DNA from: a virus
Lineage: Duplodnaviria > Caudoviricetes
DNA length: 24,173 bases
Reading direction: 5' to 3' (one strand)
IMG/VR virus record: IMGVR_UViG_3300025083_003778
Coordinates: 1-24,173 of that record
Shown here piece by piece: positions 16,183-24,106 of the stretch. A program made the position numbers and the translations under genes. Every line of letters begins with the position of its first letter. Within the stretch, counting starts at the first letter, position 1. The notes beneath the pieces were generated by a model, which was not told where the DNA came from, did not search any database, and saw nothing but the letters and a program-made list of their open reading frames with translations.

Positions 16183-17060
16183 ATATAGGATTTTTATACG
16201 AGCATATGGAGCAAGCTGATTTAAAATGTTTTCATTTTTATGAAAATGTTGAAATGGCAGTTAAAACAGTTTTAGGTGATTCTAACAATTATTTTCAAGT
16301 CCATAATTTACTGGACTTACAAAATAATGATATTGAGTGTTTATTTATTCTTAATGATCATCACCAGCATTCTGTATTTGGTCAAAATAATTTTTTACAG
16401 TATTTAAATGAACAAAATATAAGAACAGTTATTTTTAATTACGAACTTATTAACAGTCCATTCTTTCCGTGGAATTTAGATATACAACGAACGGTAGATA
16501 GTATAAAGAATTGCTACCAGCTAGTAGCGGATACTACAGATGGTGTAAGGCTAAATAAAGCCTTAACAACAAAGCAATATCTCTCTAGACAGACCGATTT
16601 AGGGGTGGATCCTATTCCGTTTGAAGATAAGAAAGATAAAATAATATTTATAGGTAATATTTACGATGAGCAGTACGCAAGTCGGGGTAAGTTATTAGAG
16701 CATGTAAGTAATATGGGTCTTGATATACCGGTAGAAGTAATAAAAAGCGATTATAAGTTACCTTTCTCTCAATATATATCTATGCTTAATGAGTCTAAAT
16801 ATGTTTTAAATCCTTTTGGTACCGGTAAGTTTGTAAATGTAAGGCATTATGAAGCATTAGAACTAGGCTGCCGCCCAATCCAACAAATTTTAAGAAATAA
16901 TGATTTTTTAAAGTATTATCCAGAACTTATCGACAGAGGAATGACTTTTGAATCGCCTGAAGAAATCCCACTACTTCTCCAAAATGAATATATACCTGAA
17001 GATTCAATTTATTTAGAAGATTATTTACAGGAAATAAAATTAGCTGAAATTATACAATGA
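16179..17060 (+). CDS. putative GT-B glycosyltransferase (Glyco_trans_1_2 / exostosin-like C-terminal domain)
   Basis: IIFIGN.Y...Y..R and YISMLNESKYVLNPFG...NVRHYEALELGC motifs; ATG 16179 overlaps the upstream TGA (ATGA). Confidence 0.65.
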   Translation: MNIGFLYEHMEQADLKCFHFYENVEMAVKTVLGDSNNYFQVHNLLDLQNNDIECLFILNDHHQHSVFGQNNFLQYLNEQNIRTVIFNYELINSPFFPWNLDIQRTVDSIKNCYQLVADTTDGVRLNKALTTKQYLSRQTDLGVDPIPFEDKKDKIIFIGNIYDEQYASRGKLLEHVSNMGLDIPVEVIKSDYKLPFSQYISMLNESKYVLNPFGTGKFVNVRHYEALELGCRPIQQILRNNDFLKYYPELIDRGMTFESPEEIPLLLQNEYIPEDSIYLEDYLQEIKLAEIIQ

Positions 17061-17629
17061 ATATTGAAAAGGAGTTTATAAAAAGAAAAAATAACACGTC
17101 TGATATCAATGAGCACTTAGAAACGTTATTTAATTACGGGGTTAAAAGTAATCATATTACAGAATTTGGATCAAGATTTGGCGACAGTACTGTAGCCCTT
17201 ATTCACAGTAAGCCTAAAAAAATGATTAGCTATGATTTATTTAAATCTGATTTTATTAAAGAATTAAATGAAGAAAACTATTCATTTGTACAGAGTGATA
17301 CCTTACAAGTGAATATTGAAGAGACTGATTTACTTTTTATTGATACTTTACATAGATACTTTCAACTCTATAATGAGTTAGGTCTCCATGCAAAAAATGT
17401 TAAGAAATATATTATTCTACATGATACTGAAACGTACGGTGAAGTAGATGAGCCACTCTATGCACCTCAAATACCAGTCAAAATGAGTGAAAAGGTAATT
17501 AGAACAAAGGCAAAAGGTCTTAAGCAAGCTATTAGCGATTTTTTAAATACTACTAAAGAAGGTAAGAATTGGAAAATAAAAGAAGTATTTACAAATAATA
17601 ATGGACTGACAGTTCTAGAGAGACAATGA
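17057..17629 (+). CDS. class I SAM-dependent methyltransferase (Methyltransf_24-like)
   Basis: SDINEHL, TEFGSRFGDST, SYD, DLLFIDTLH, ILHDT and NNNGLTVL motifs. Confidence 0.8.
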   Translation: MNIEKEFIKRKNNTSDINEHLETLFNYGVKSNHITEFGSRFGDSTVALIHSKPKKMISYDLFKSDFIKELNEENYSFVQSDTLQVNIEETDLLFIDTLHRYFQLYNELGLHAKNVKKYIILHDTETYGEVDEPLYAPQIPVKMSEKVIRTKAKGLKQAISDFLNTTKEGKNWKIKEVFTNNNGLTVLERQ

Positions 17630-18249
17630 GTATAATTATTTTATCCTATACTAAAGATCCTAACTACTATTCAATGCTTAAGCATTGCATTAAATCAATA
17701 GGTAATTATGAGATAGTAGTGGTGGAAACAAATAGTAAATTAAAAGGTAAGGATATGATGTTACCTGCTGATTTTATTTTTCCAGAAGAAGAATTTAATT
17801 ATAATAAGTTCCTTAATTACGGATTTAAGCATTTAGATAATAAAGAAAAGGTAATTATTTCTAATAACGACGTTATATATGAACCAGGCTGTATTGAGGC
17901 GTTATTTAAAGGGTTAGATACTTACGACTCTGTATCACCAGTTGAAAAATTTAGCTCAAAGAATGTTACTGGCTATACTGTCGGTGAACATGTAAAAGGG
18001 TGGTGTATTGGTTTAAATTATAAAATATATGAACAGATGGGTGAGTGGGATGAAAACTTTAAGTTCTGGTATCAAGATAATGACTATTGCAACTTTTTGA
18101 AAAAACACTCTTTCAATCACGCTCTTATAGGTAGTGCAGTAGCTAAGCATCTTTGCTCGAAAAGTCATTCATTAGTAAGTGACTTAAAAGATTTTACTAA
18201 TGATCAAATTAGTACGTTAGAACGAAAGTGGGATAATAGAGTTGATTAA
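17626..18249 (+). CDS. glycosyltransferase family 2 (GT-A)
   Basis: IIILSY, IVVVET, FNYNKFLNYG, ISNNDV and WDENFKFWYQDND motifs. Confidence 0.82.
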   Translation: MSIIILSYTKDPNYYSMLKHCIKSIGNYEIVVVETNSKLKGKDMMLPADFIFPEEEFNYNKFLNYGFKHLDNKEKVIISNNDVIYEPGCIEALFKGLDTYDSVSPVEKFSSKNVTGYTVGEHVKGWCIGLNYKIYEQMGEWDENFKFWYQDNDYCNFLKKHSFNHALIGSAVAKHLCSKSHSLVSDLKDFTNDQISTLERKWDNRVD

Positions 18250-18269
18250 ACAATTTCATATTATATCAT
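18242..18269 (+). promoter_or_regulatory. sigma70-like promoter TTGATT-N16-TATCAT
   Basis: 6 nt before ATG 18276. Confidence 0.55.
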
Positions 18270-18275
18270 AAGGAT

Positions 18276-18857
18276 ATGATTATTGATCAGCAAGTTTATA
18301 ATGGCGATCTCATTCACGATCGTTTCGCGTATAAATTCTTTAGAAAAGAAGTTTCTCCATATGGTAATATTGTAGCTTTTAGAGCTCCTATGTATGTTAG
18401 TGATAATCTAATTGATCTAGAAGATACACTAGCTAATGATTATATCTTTTCAGAGGATGCAATTAATTTTTGTTGGGAGATACCCAATCTATGTCCGTTG
18501 GGAGCAGTTGCTTTTCAACGTCTCTTTAATACTACTATCGCCGGTATGTTAGGTCAACTTATTCAAAGACCTATTAACATGGATGGTGATGATATTATGG
18601 TGACTGATGAGTTTATTGGAAGTGATAGTAAAAAGCGCTCTGAAGGTAAAGTTAGTGTATCGATAACCTATAGTAAAGAAGATATTGCTCTTGGTCATAC
18701 TGGTATTAATGTACAAGCTGGTAAGAAAGCTCCAGGTTTTGCTTATTCTAGTAATCTTAATGATAGTCAGATAGAGGCGTTTATGGATGCTGTAATTAAG
18801 GCGTTCGAATTAGAGGTTAAAGATCAGTGGATTGCTACAACTAAAATAATTAGTTAA
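18276..18857 (+). CDS. DUF366 family protein (class II aaRS / biotin-lipoate ligase-like fold)
   Basis: YNG......FAY, IVAFRAPM.V..LIDLED, I.SEDAINF, FQRL, GDDI, KVSVSI and HTGINV match the DUF366 pattern. Confidence 0.75.
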   Translation: MIIDQQVYNGDLIHDRFAYKFFRKEVSPYGNIVAFRAPMYVSDNLIDLEDTLANDYIFSEDAINFCWEIPNLCPLGAVAFQRLFNTTIAGMLGQLIQRPINMDGDDIMVTDEFIGSDSKKRSEGKVSVSITYSKEDIALGHTGINVQAGKKAPGFAYSSNLNDSQIEAFMDAVIKAFELEVKDQWIATTKIIS

Positions 18858-19231
18858 TGAACTTCTTTCAGCTACAAAATAAGCTATTTTATTCTAAAAA
18901 GACTAATGCCGAGTTTTTAGATTCAGAAGGTGAACAATCCTTTGCCCCGTTTATGTTTAATAGATGGTTATCCTTTTATAGTAAAGGTATGGCTTCTATT
19001 ACTAATGAGACTTTAAATAGATTCGGTAGTGTTTTTCAAGATAAGCAACAGCAATATAGATTGTATTATTACTTTATTCCGAGATTAAAGTTTAAGCGCA
19101 TATCTTATAATAAGAAGAGTAAAAAGGAAGAGAGTGAAGAAGATAATCTAGATATTATTGCGCGTAATAAGAATATCTCTGTAAGAGAGTTGAAGTCATA
19201 TATGGATTTACAAAACACTACAAGTAAATAA
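18857..19231 (+). CDS. gp62: T4 gp62-like clamp loader small subunit
   Basis: F.PFMFNRWLSF, QY..Y...IP.....I.Y.KK and IA...NIS.RE...Y pattern; size fits. Confidence 0.6.
   Translation: MNFFQLQNKLFYSKKTNAEFLDSEGEQSFAPFMFNRWLSFYSKGMASITNETLNRFGSVFQDKQQQYRLYYYFIPRLKFKRISYNKKSKKEESEEDNLDIIARNKNISVRELKSYMDLQNTTSK
19225..19230 (+). promoter_or_regulatory. T4-late-like promoter core TAAATA
   Basis: 6 nt before ATG 19237. Confidence 0.5.
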
Positions 19232-19236
19232 TTTAT

Positions 19237-19656
19237 ATGGCAATGGCATCTATTGATAATCTAGCTCCTACGCGAAGTCTAATCGACTTAACACAAGGAG
19301 GTAAGGGTGATTTTGGTTTAGACGACTACCAGCTTAGTTTCGTATTTGATGATATTCTTCTTGTAGAATACGCTGATGAGTCAGCTAACGGCGACGAAGT
19401 TATGCGTAATGGTATAGTTGTACCTACAAACGCGATGACTAAAGCATGGCGGAAAGGTAGAGTGATTCTCGCGGGACCGGATACTAAGTATGTAAAAGAA
19501 GGTGATATAGTTATTTTTCCAAATAATCTTGGTGTTACTATTTCTAATGTAGAGATTACAGGTAAGGGTAAAGTTGCAAAAGGTATCTTTCTAAACGAAG
19601 AAAGAATGTTTGGTATTTGTAAGCCAAAGAATGATAATACAGAGGTCAGCGCTTGA
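19237..19656 (+). CDS. groES: GroES/Cpn10-like co-chaperonin (gp31 analogue)
   Basis: DDILLVE...NGIVVP...GRVILAGP...VKEGDIVIF...LNEERMFG follows the Cpn10 pattern; N-terminal extension. Confidence 0.75.
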   Translation: MAMASIDNLAPTRSLIDLTQGGKGDFGLDDYQLSFVFDDILLVEYADESANGDEVMRNGIVVPTNAMTKAWRKGRVILAGPDTKYVKEGDIVIFPNNLGVTISNVEITGKGKVAKGIFLNEERMFGICKPKNDNTEVSA

Positions 19657-20008
19657 TTCTATTCTTTTAACGAATGTAGTAGACTTAAGATTTGCGCGCA
19701 GAATACCTAAAGCGGGGTTTCCTGCTACTCGTCGTATACTCTGTACAAAATCGTATAACTTACTTAACTCTACCAATGGTAAAATTACCCTGAACTACAA
19801 ACCACCAAGAGGTCCGCATAGAGTAAATGAAGCAGCTGATAATTTACTAGTAGTGTGGGATATCTTAATGCAAGATTATAGAAATATTAATATGAATCAA
19901 GCTAATCTAATAACACAATATCCGGCTGATGATTCATTTTGGAAATATTTTAATGAAAGTATATATCCCATGTCGGGGGAACAAAAACTAGCTTTTATGA
20001 ACTCATGA
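19631..20008 (+). CDS. SH3 beta-barrel (WYL_2/DUF2693-like) phage protein
   Basis: L..NVVDLRF.R....TRRILCT...LLVVWDI..QDYRNI pattern; ATG 19631 preferred over TTG 19610. Confidence 0.6.
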   Translation: MIIQRSALDSILLTNVVDLRFARRIPKAGFPATRRILCTKSYNLLNSTNGKITLNYKPPRGPHRVNEAADNLLVVWDILMQDYRNINMNQANLITQYPADDSFWKYFNESIYPMSGEQKLAFMNS

Positions 20009-20343
20009 ATATAAATTTAGAAAGAGTAAATCAAAGCTTAAAGCCGTTTTTATTACAAGATATAATAATAAAAACTGATAAGAAAATTATTAAAAAGGGC
20101 AAACTTAAGCTTTTTAAAATTAAACAGTATAATATATCTCTTTCTCTTGAAATTGACGATAAGATTAAAATTTACGAAATACCCTACCCGTTTAAGATTG
20201 AAGGTTCGTTAGATAAACTTATATTTAACTACCGCCTAAGTTCCTTTATACCTGAACAATTTTCGATTTTTATTAAATTACTAGATTGTAGCTCTAAATC
20301 AAAATTTTATGACAATCTGCTTTACATATTGCCTAATAAATGA
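20005..20343 (+). CDS. hypothetical protein
   Basis: 112-aa ORF coupled by ATGA overlap; fills the gap to the helicase promoter; no recognised motif. Confidence 0.7.
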   Translation: MNINLERVNQSLKPFLLQDIIIKTDKKIIKKGKLKLFKIKQYNISLSLEIDDKIKIYEIPYPFKIEGSLDKLIFNYRLSSFIPEQFSIFIKLLDCSSKSKFYDNLLYILPNK

Positions 20344-20356
20344 ACTATGTTATAAT
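20329..20356 (+). promoter_or_regulatory. sigma70-like promoter TTGCCT-N16-TATAAT
   Basis: Perfect -10, 5 nt before GTG 20362; GAACTAT just upstream of the -10. Confidence 0.6.
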
Positions 20357-20361
20357 TAGGT

Positions 20362-21996
20362 GTGCTAACTGGACTAATTAATAGCTTCCCTTCTGGATAT
20401 GATCCTAATCCAACTCAAGTAAAGCTTCTAAAAAATATAGAACAAGCGTTCACCGATGGCTATAAGTTTGTCGTCTGTAACGCCCCTACAGGGTCAGGTA
20501 AATCTATGGTATCGAAGACTGTAGGTAATGTTGCTGGTCAATGTACTAAGGAGTATCGCGATATAGTCACGAGCTACCTAGCGTATAAACGTACACAAGG
20601 AGGTAACTATGCATACGAGGATGAGTGCAATGAAGAAAAATCGTTTGGATGCACTGCATTAACGATTACTAAAGCTTTACAGGATCAATACAAAGAGCTA
20701 TTTAATGATGTTGAGGTATTAAAGGGTAAGTCGAACTATAGTTGCGTAGTAGATGAGGATTACTCGGTTGAAGTAGCGCCATGTTTACATCTACCTAAGC
20801 TTCGTGAGGAATGCTGGAGTAAAAAGTGTTGCTCGTATTACGAACAACGTAATAAGGCGTTAACTTCGCGATTCAATACTCTCAACTATAACATGTTCTT
20901 TGCATTACCTGAACATCTTAAAAAGCGTGAATATTTGATTTGTGATGAAGCGTCTGAGTTGGAAGATCAACTTGTTAAAGAATTTAGCTGTACTATTAAT
21001 TTTGAGTTTCTTTATAAAAACGAAGTTGAAGTAAAACCGTTTCTAACAAAAAGTACTAACGTCGAAAAGTGGATAAATCGATTAGTTCTTTCACTTAAAG
21101 AGCGTATAGATTGGCTTAAGGATGCAATAGGTAGTACGAGTAAGGTTAAGACGAAATACCTTATTCAGAAGAAAAACGAGTTAGTAGCTCTTGGTAATTT
21201 GCATAGTAAGTTATCGCTTATTTTAGAAACATGGTATGATAGTGAATATATATTTGAGAGGGATAGTAGAGCTATTACATTTATGCCTCTCAAGGTAGAC
21301 AAGCTATCGAATTATTTGTTTAAGTATGCTGATAAAGTAATTCTTATGTCAGCAACTATTATTGATCCTAAGAATTTTTGTAAGTCGTTAGGTATTGATA
21401 ACTATAAGTATATTGAAGCTGAGTCAACGTTTGATGCTAAGAATGCGCCGATTTATTGCAATACTAAGGTTAAGTTAAATTACTATAACATGCAAAAGAA
21501 CTTACCTAAGGTATGTAAACAAATAGCTCAAATTTGTGAGTTTCATAAAAACGAAAAAGGGATCATACATTCACAAAATAAGAGTATTACTAACTTCCTA
21601 TCAGAAAATCTTACTGATCGTAGATTCTTAATACGTGAACCAGGTGTACGAAATGAGGTTATTTTAGAGCAGCATATGGAAACCGATGATCCTACAGTTC
21701 TTATATCACCGTCTATGTCTTATGGAGTTGATCTCAAGGATGATCTAGCCAGATTCCAAATTATTATTAAAGCGCCGTATTTACCTACTAAAGATAAACG
21801 TATTGAGAATCTAATGAAAGAGGATTTTGATTGGTATCAAAATAAAATGCTCTGTTCGTTAATTCAAGCTTGTGGTAGAGGTATACGATCTCATAAAGAT
21901 CATTGTATAACATACATTCTTGATGCTGCTATTGTAGAAAGTATAGTAAAAAACAGACATAAGCTTCCTAAATACTATCTAGACCGATTCGCGTAA
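20362..21996 (+). CDS. DinG/Rad3/XPD-like SF2 helicase with putative Fe-S cluster
   Basis: Q motif, APTGSGKS, LQDQY, KGKSNYSC..C..C..C, DEAS, MSAT, GVDLKDD.ARFQIIIKAPY and QACGRGIRS..D...TYILD motifs. Confidence 0.88.
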   Translation: MLTGLINSFPSGYDPNPTQVKLLKNIEQAFTDGYKFVVCNAPTGSGKSMVSKTVGNVAGQCTKEYRDIVTSYLAYKRTQGGNYAYEDECNEEKSFGCTALTITKALQDQYKELFNDVEVLKGKSNYSCVVDEDYSVEVAPCLHLPKLREECWSKKCCSYYEQRNKALTSRFNTLNYNMFFALPEHLKKREYLICDEASELEDQLVKEFSCTINFEFLYKNEVEVKPFLTKSTNVEKWINRLVLSLKERIDWLKDAIGSTSKVKTKYLIQKKNELVALGNLHSKLSLILETWYDSEYIFERDSRAITFMPLKVDKLSNYLFKYADKVILMSATIIDPKNFCKSLGIDNYKYIEAESTFDAKNAPIYCNTKVKLNYYNMQKNLPKVCKQIAQICEFHKNEKGIIHSQNKSITNFLSENLTDRRFLIREPGVRNEVILEQHMETDDPTVLISPSMSYGVDLKDDLARFQIIIKAPYLPTKDKRIENLMKEDFDWYQNKMLCSLIQACGRGIRSHKDHCITYILDAAIVESIVKNRHKLPKYYLDRFA

Positions 21997-22002
21997 TAAA
22001 TA
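21995..22002 (+). promoter_or_regulatory. T4-late-like promoter AATAAATA
   Basis: TAAATA 21997-22002, 6 nt before GTG 22009 of a structural gene. Confidence 0.6.
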
Positions 22003-22008
22003 TATGTA

Positions 22009-23178
22009 GTGCGTAACAGAGCATACCATTTCGAAATTAAGGATCTACTCACGCAGTTTGTAGCAGCGTTTGATGATACAGTTATTTCGCGTTTCGATAA
22101 AAATCGTAATGCTAAGCAGAATATTGAAGTAAGGTACGTCTTTGCTCCTAAGCAGAGAATAATGTATGATATAGTTAATAAAGCTCAAAATCTTACATTA
22201 CCTGTTGTAGCGGTAAACTTAACTAGTGTTACCAGAGATGAATCTAGAGTTTTTAATAAACTAACACCTTCATATCTACCAGGTCAATTGAAGGAAGACC
22301 CTAATAAGGGTTCTAAGTTTTTAATGCCGGTACCGGTAGATCTTTCAGTGAGTATGTCAATTATGACGCGTTATATGGCTGATGCTGATCAAATTATATC
22401 AAATTTTGTACCTTACAACAATCCATATATTATTCTATCTTGGAAAGTTCCTGCTGAATTCGGCGCTGATTACGATCAGGAAATAAGGTCCGAGGTATTA
22501 TGGTCAGGAGATTTAAACTACAGTACCCCTACCGATGTAAGTTATTCAGATAAATTCAGAGTAGTTATTGACACTTCGTTCACAATAAAAGGGTGGTTAT
22601 TTCCTGAGGCAAAAGGTATACAAGAAACTATCTATACTATAGATAGTAATTTTATAAATGTTGATCTAGCAAATAGAATATATGACCCAGAAGGTAAAGA
22701 ATTAGATTTTCTTACATACGAGCAACAAGGATATAATGCTCTATCTGCATATAATGATACAGTACCTAAAACATACACTGAGACAGTTACAATATCTGCC
22801 ATCCCAGAGTTCACTAATATCTTCTATGCGACTACTGGGACCTTTAACGCTGCGCGTGGTTTAACTACTATATTAAGTAGCTACGATAATAACTTTACCC
22901 TTTATGGAAAACGATTTGACACAAGCAATAGCTATTACCTTTCTTCAAATGTAGATAGCTTCCATACTAATTACCAGGAAATTACATCCGCGCAATCACC
23001 CACTATATCAGGGTATAAGCTCGATAATCATTTCTACTCTACAGGTAATGATAACATTGTTAACCTGTTTTTCCCTGCCTCGTCACTGTCAAATTCCGGT
23101 GACTTTACTATTATAACAGCAAACGAAGCAGGATGGGCTACTACATATCAAGCCCAGTCATCAATTATTAGAATTTAA
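22009..23178 (+). CDS. gp15: T4 gp15-like tail sheath terminator / tail completion protein with C-terminal extension
   Basis: YHFEIK.L...F..AF, IEV..VFAPKQR, LTLPV, D..R...K, MPVPV.L...MSI..RY..D.DQI..NF.PY and FTIKGWLF follow the T4-gp15 pattern. Confidence 0.78.
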   Translation: MRNRAYHFEIKDLLTQFVAAFDDTVISRFDKNRNAKQNIEVRYVFAPKQRIMYDIVNKAQNLTLPVVAVNLTSVTRDESRVFNKLTPSYLPGQLKEDPNKGSKFLMPVPVDLSVSMSIMTRYMADADQIISNFVPYNNPYIILSWKVPAEFGADYDQEIRSEVLWSGDLNYSTPTDVSYSDKFRVVIDTSFTIKGWLFPEAKGIQETIYTIDSNFINVDLANRIYDPEGKELDFLTYEQQGYNALSAYNDTVPKTYTETVTISAIPEFTNIFYATTGTFNAARGLTTILSSYDNNFTLYGKRFDTSNSYYLSSNVDSFHTNYQEITSAQSPTISGYKLDNHFYSTGNDNIVNLFFPASSLSNSGDFTIITANEAGWATTYQAQSSIIRI

Positions 23179-24065
23179 AGATTCTTAATAATGCTTTGCG
23201 CAGTATGAATTTCGTTAAATTCATCGTACGGGCATTCATGAACTGCGCCGGTAAAGTTGTAATCATAAAGATAACTATCTATATGTCCTTTAGGAAACTC
23301 TGTTTTCGGTAGTACGTTTTTATGCATATCATAGCCAAAGATTTTAGGTGAAGTACCTACCCAGACTACTGTTGATGGCTTATTGAGAGCTGCAGCTGCA
23401 TGCTGTAAAGACGAATCAATAAGTAATCTTTTATCAGAAAAATTAATAAGATTAAAAAGTTCCTTTTTAGATACCTGTTTTTCGAATCTAATAGCTCCTT
23501 CTAGCTTTGGATGAAAGTCATAACAAACATGCAAGATCATATATTTCTCTTTTAGTTTATTTACTATCTCTTGAGCTACAGGTGGTGGAATATCACGAAC
23601 CCAGGAGTATGGGTGCTGTTGGTGCTCTTTACCCGGACCACCAAACGGCTGAAAAAGTAGTAATGGTTTGGTTTTCTGCAAAGACGCGAGCTGAGGGTCA
23701 ATTAAGTCTTTCTCTCTCAAATTAAAGTGTATATAAGGCTTTTCGCTGTTATACTTAACACCTATCATATCGCACCACGATTTAATAAGATGCGTTTTTT
23801 TAGTAATATGACTTGTTTGTTTATAAGGCTCTTGCGCGAACACCTCTACATCTTTACCATGTATATAATCTTGATAAAAATAAGGTACGTTACCCAACCT
23901 AAAAACGCGATGAATATCTTTATTATTGAGATATACTTCTGGCCACGCACAAACAACAATAATCTTCCGATCCGGATTTTGTTTTTTATACGCTCTAACC
24001 ACCGCGGTGGAGGCTACGTGCTTACCTATACCCCCTTCAATATGAAAAATAGCGTGCTTCGACAT
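23175..24065 (-). CDS. GT9-like (heptosyltransferase-fold, GT-B) glycosyltransferase
   Basis: IEGGIGK....TAV, LLFQPFGG and IDSSLQHAAAALNKPSTVVW..TSP..FGY motifs. Confidence 0.75.
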   Translation of the reverse strand: MSKHAIFHIEGGIGKHVASTAVVRAYKKQNPDRKIIVVCAWPEVYLNNKDIHRVFRLGNVPYFYQDYIHGKDVEVFAQEPYKQTSHITKKTHLIKSWCDMIGVKYNSEKPYIHFNLREKDLIDPQLASLQKTKPLLLFQPFGGPGKEHQQHPYSWVRDIPPPVAQEIVNKLKEKYMILHVCYDFHPKLEGAIRFEKQVSKKELFNLINFSDKRLLIDSSLQHAAAALNKPSTVVWVGTSPKIFGYDMHKNVLPKTEFPKGHIDSYLYDYNFTGAVHECPYDEFNEIHTAQSIIKNL

Positions 24066-24071
24066 TACTAT

Positions 24072-24099
24072 AATTTAATAGCAAAATCGAAATTTTCAA
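24072..24099 (-). promoter_or_regulatory. sigma70-like promoter TTGAAA-N16-TAAATT
   Basis: Same 16-nt spacing; 6 nt before ATG 24065. Confidence 0.5.
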
Positions 24100-24106
24100 C
24101 TAAAGT

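Noticed and set aside
20341-20356. GAAC-containing site as a LexA/SOS box
   Set aside because: No complete GAAC-N4-GTTC or TGTTC-N4-GAACA palindrome here or at 2763-2790; kept only as a shared promoter element.
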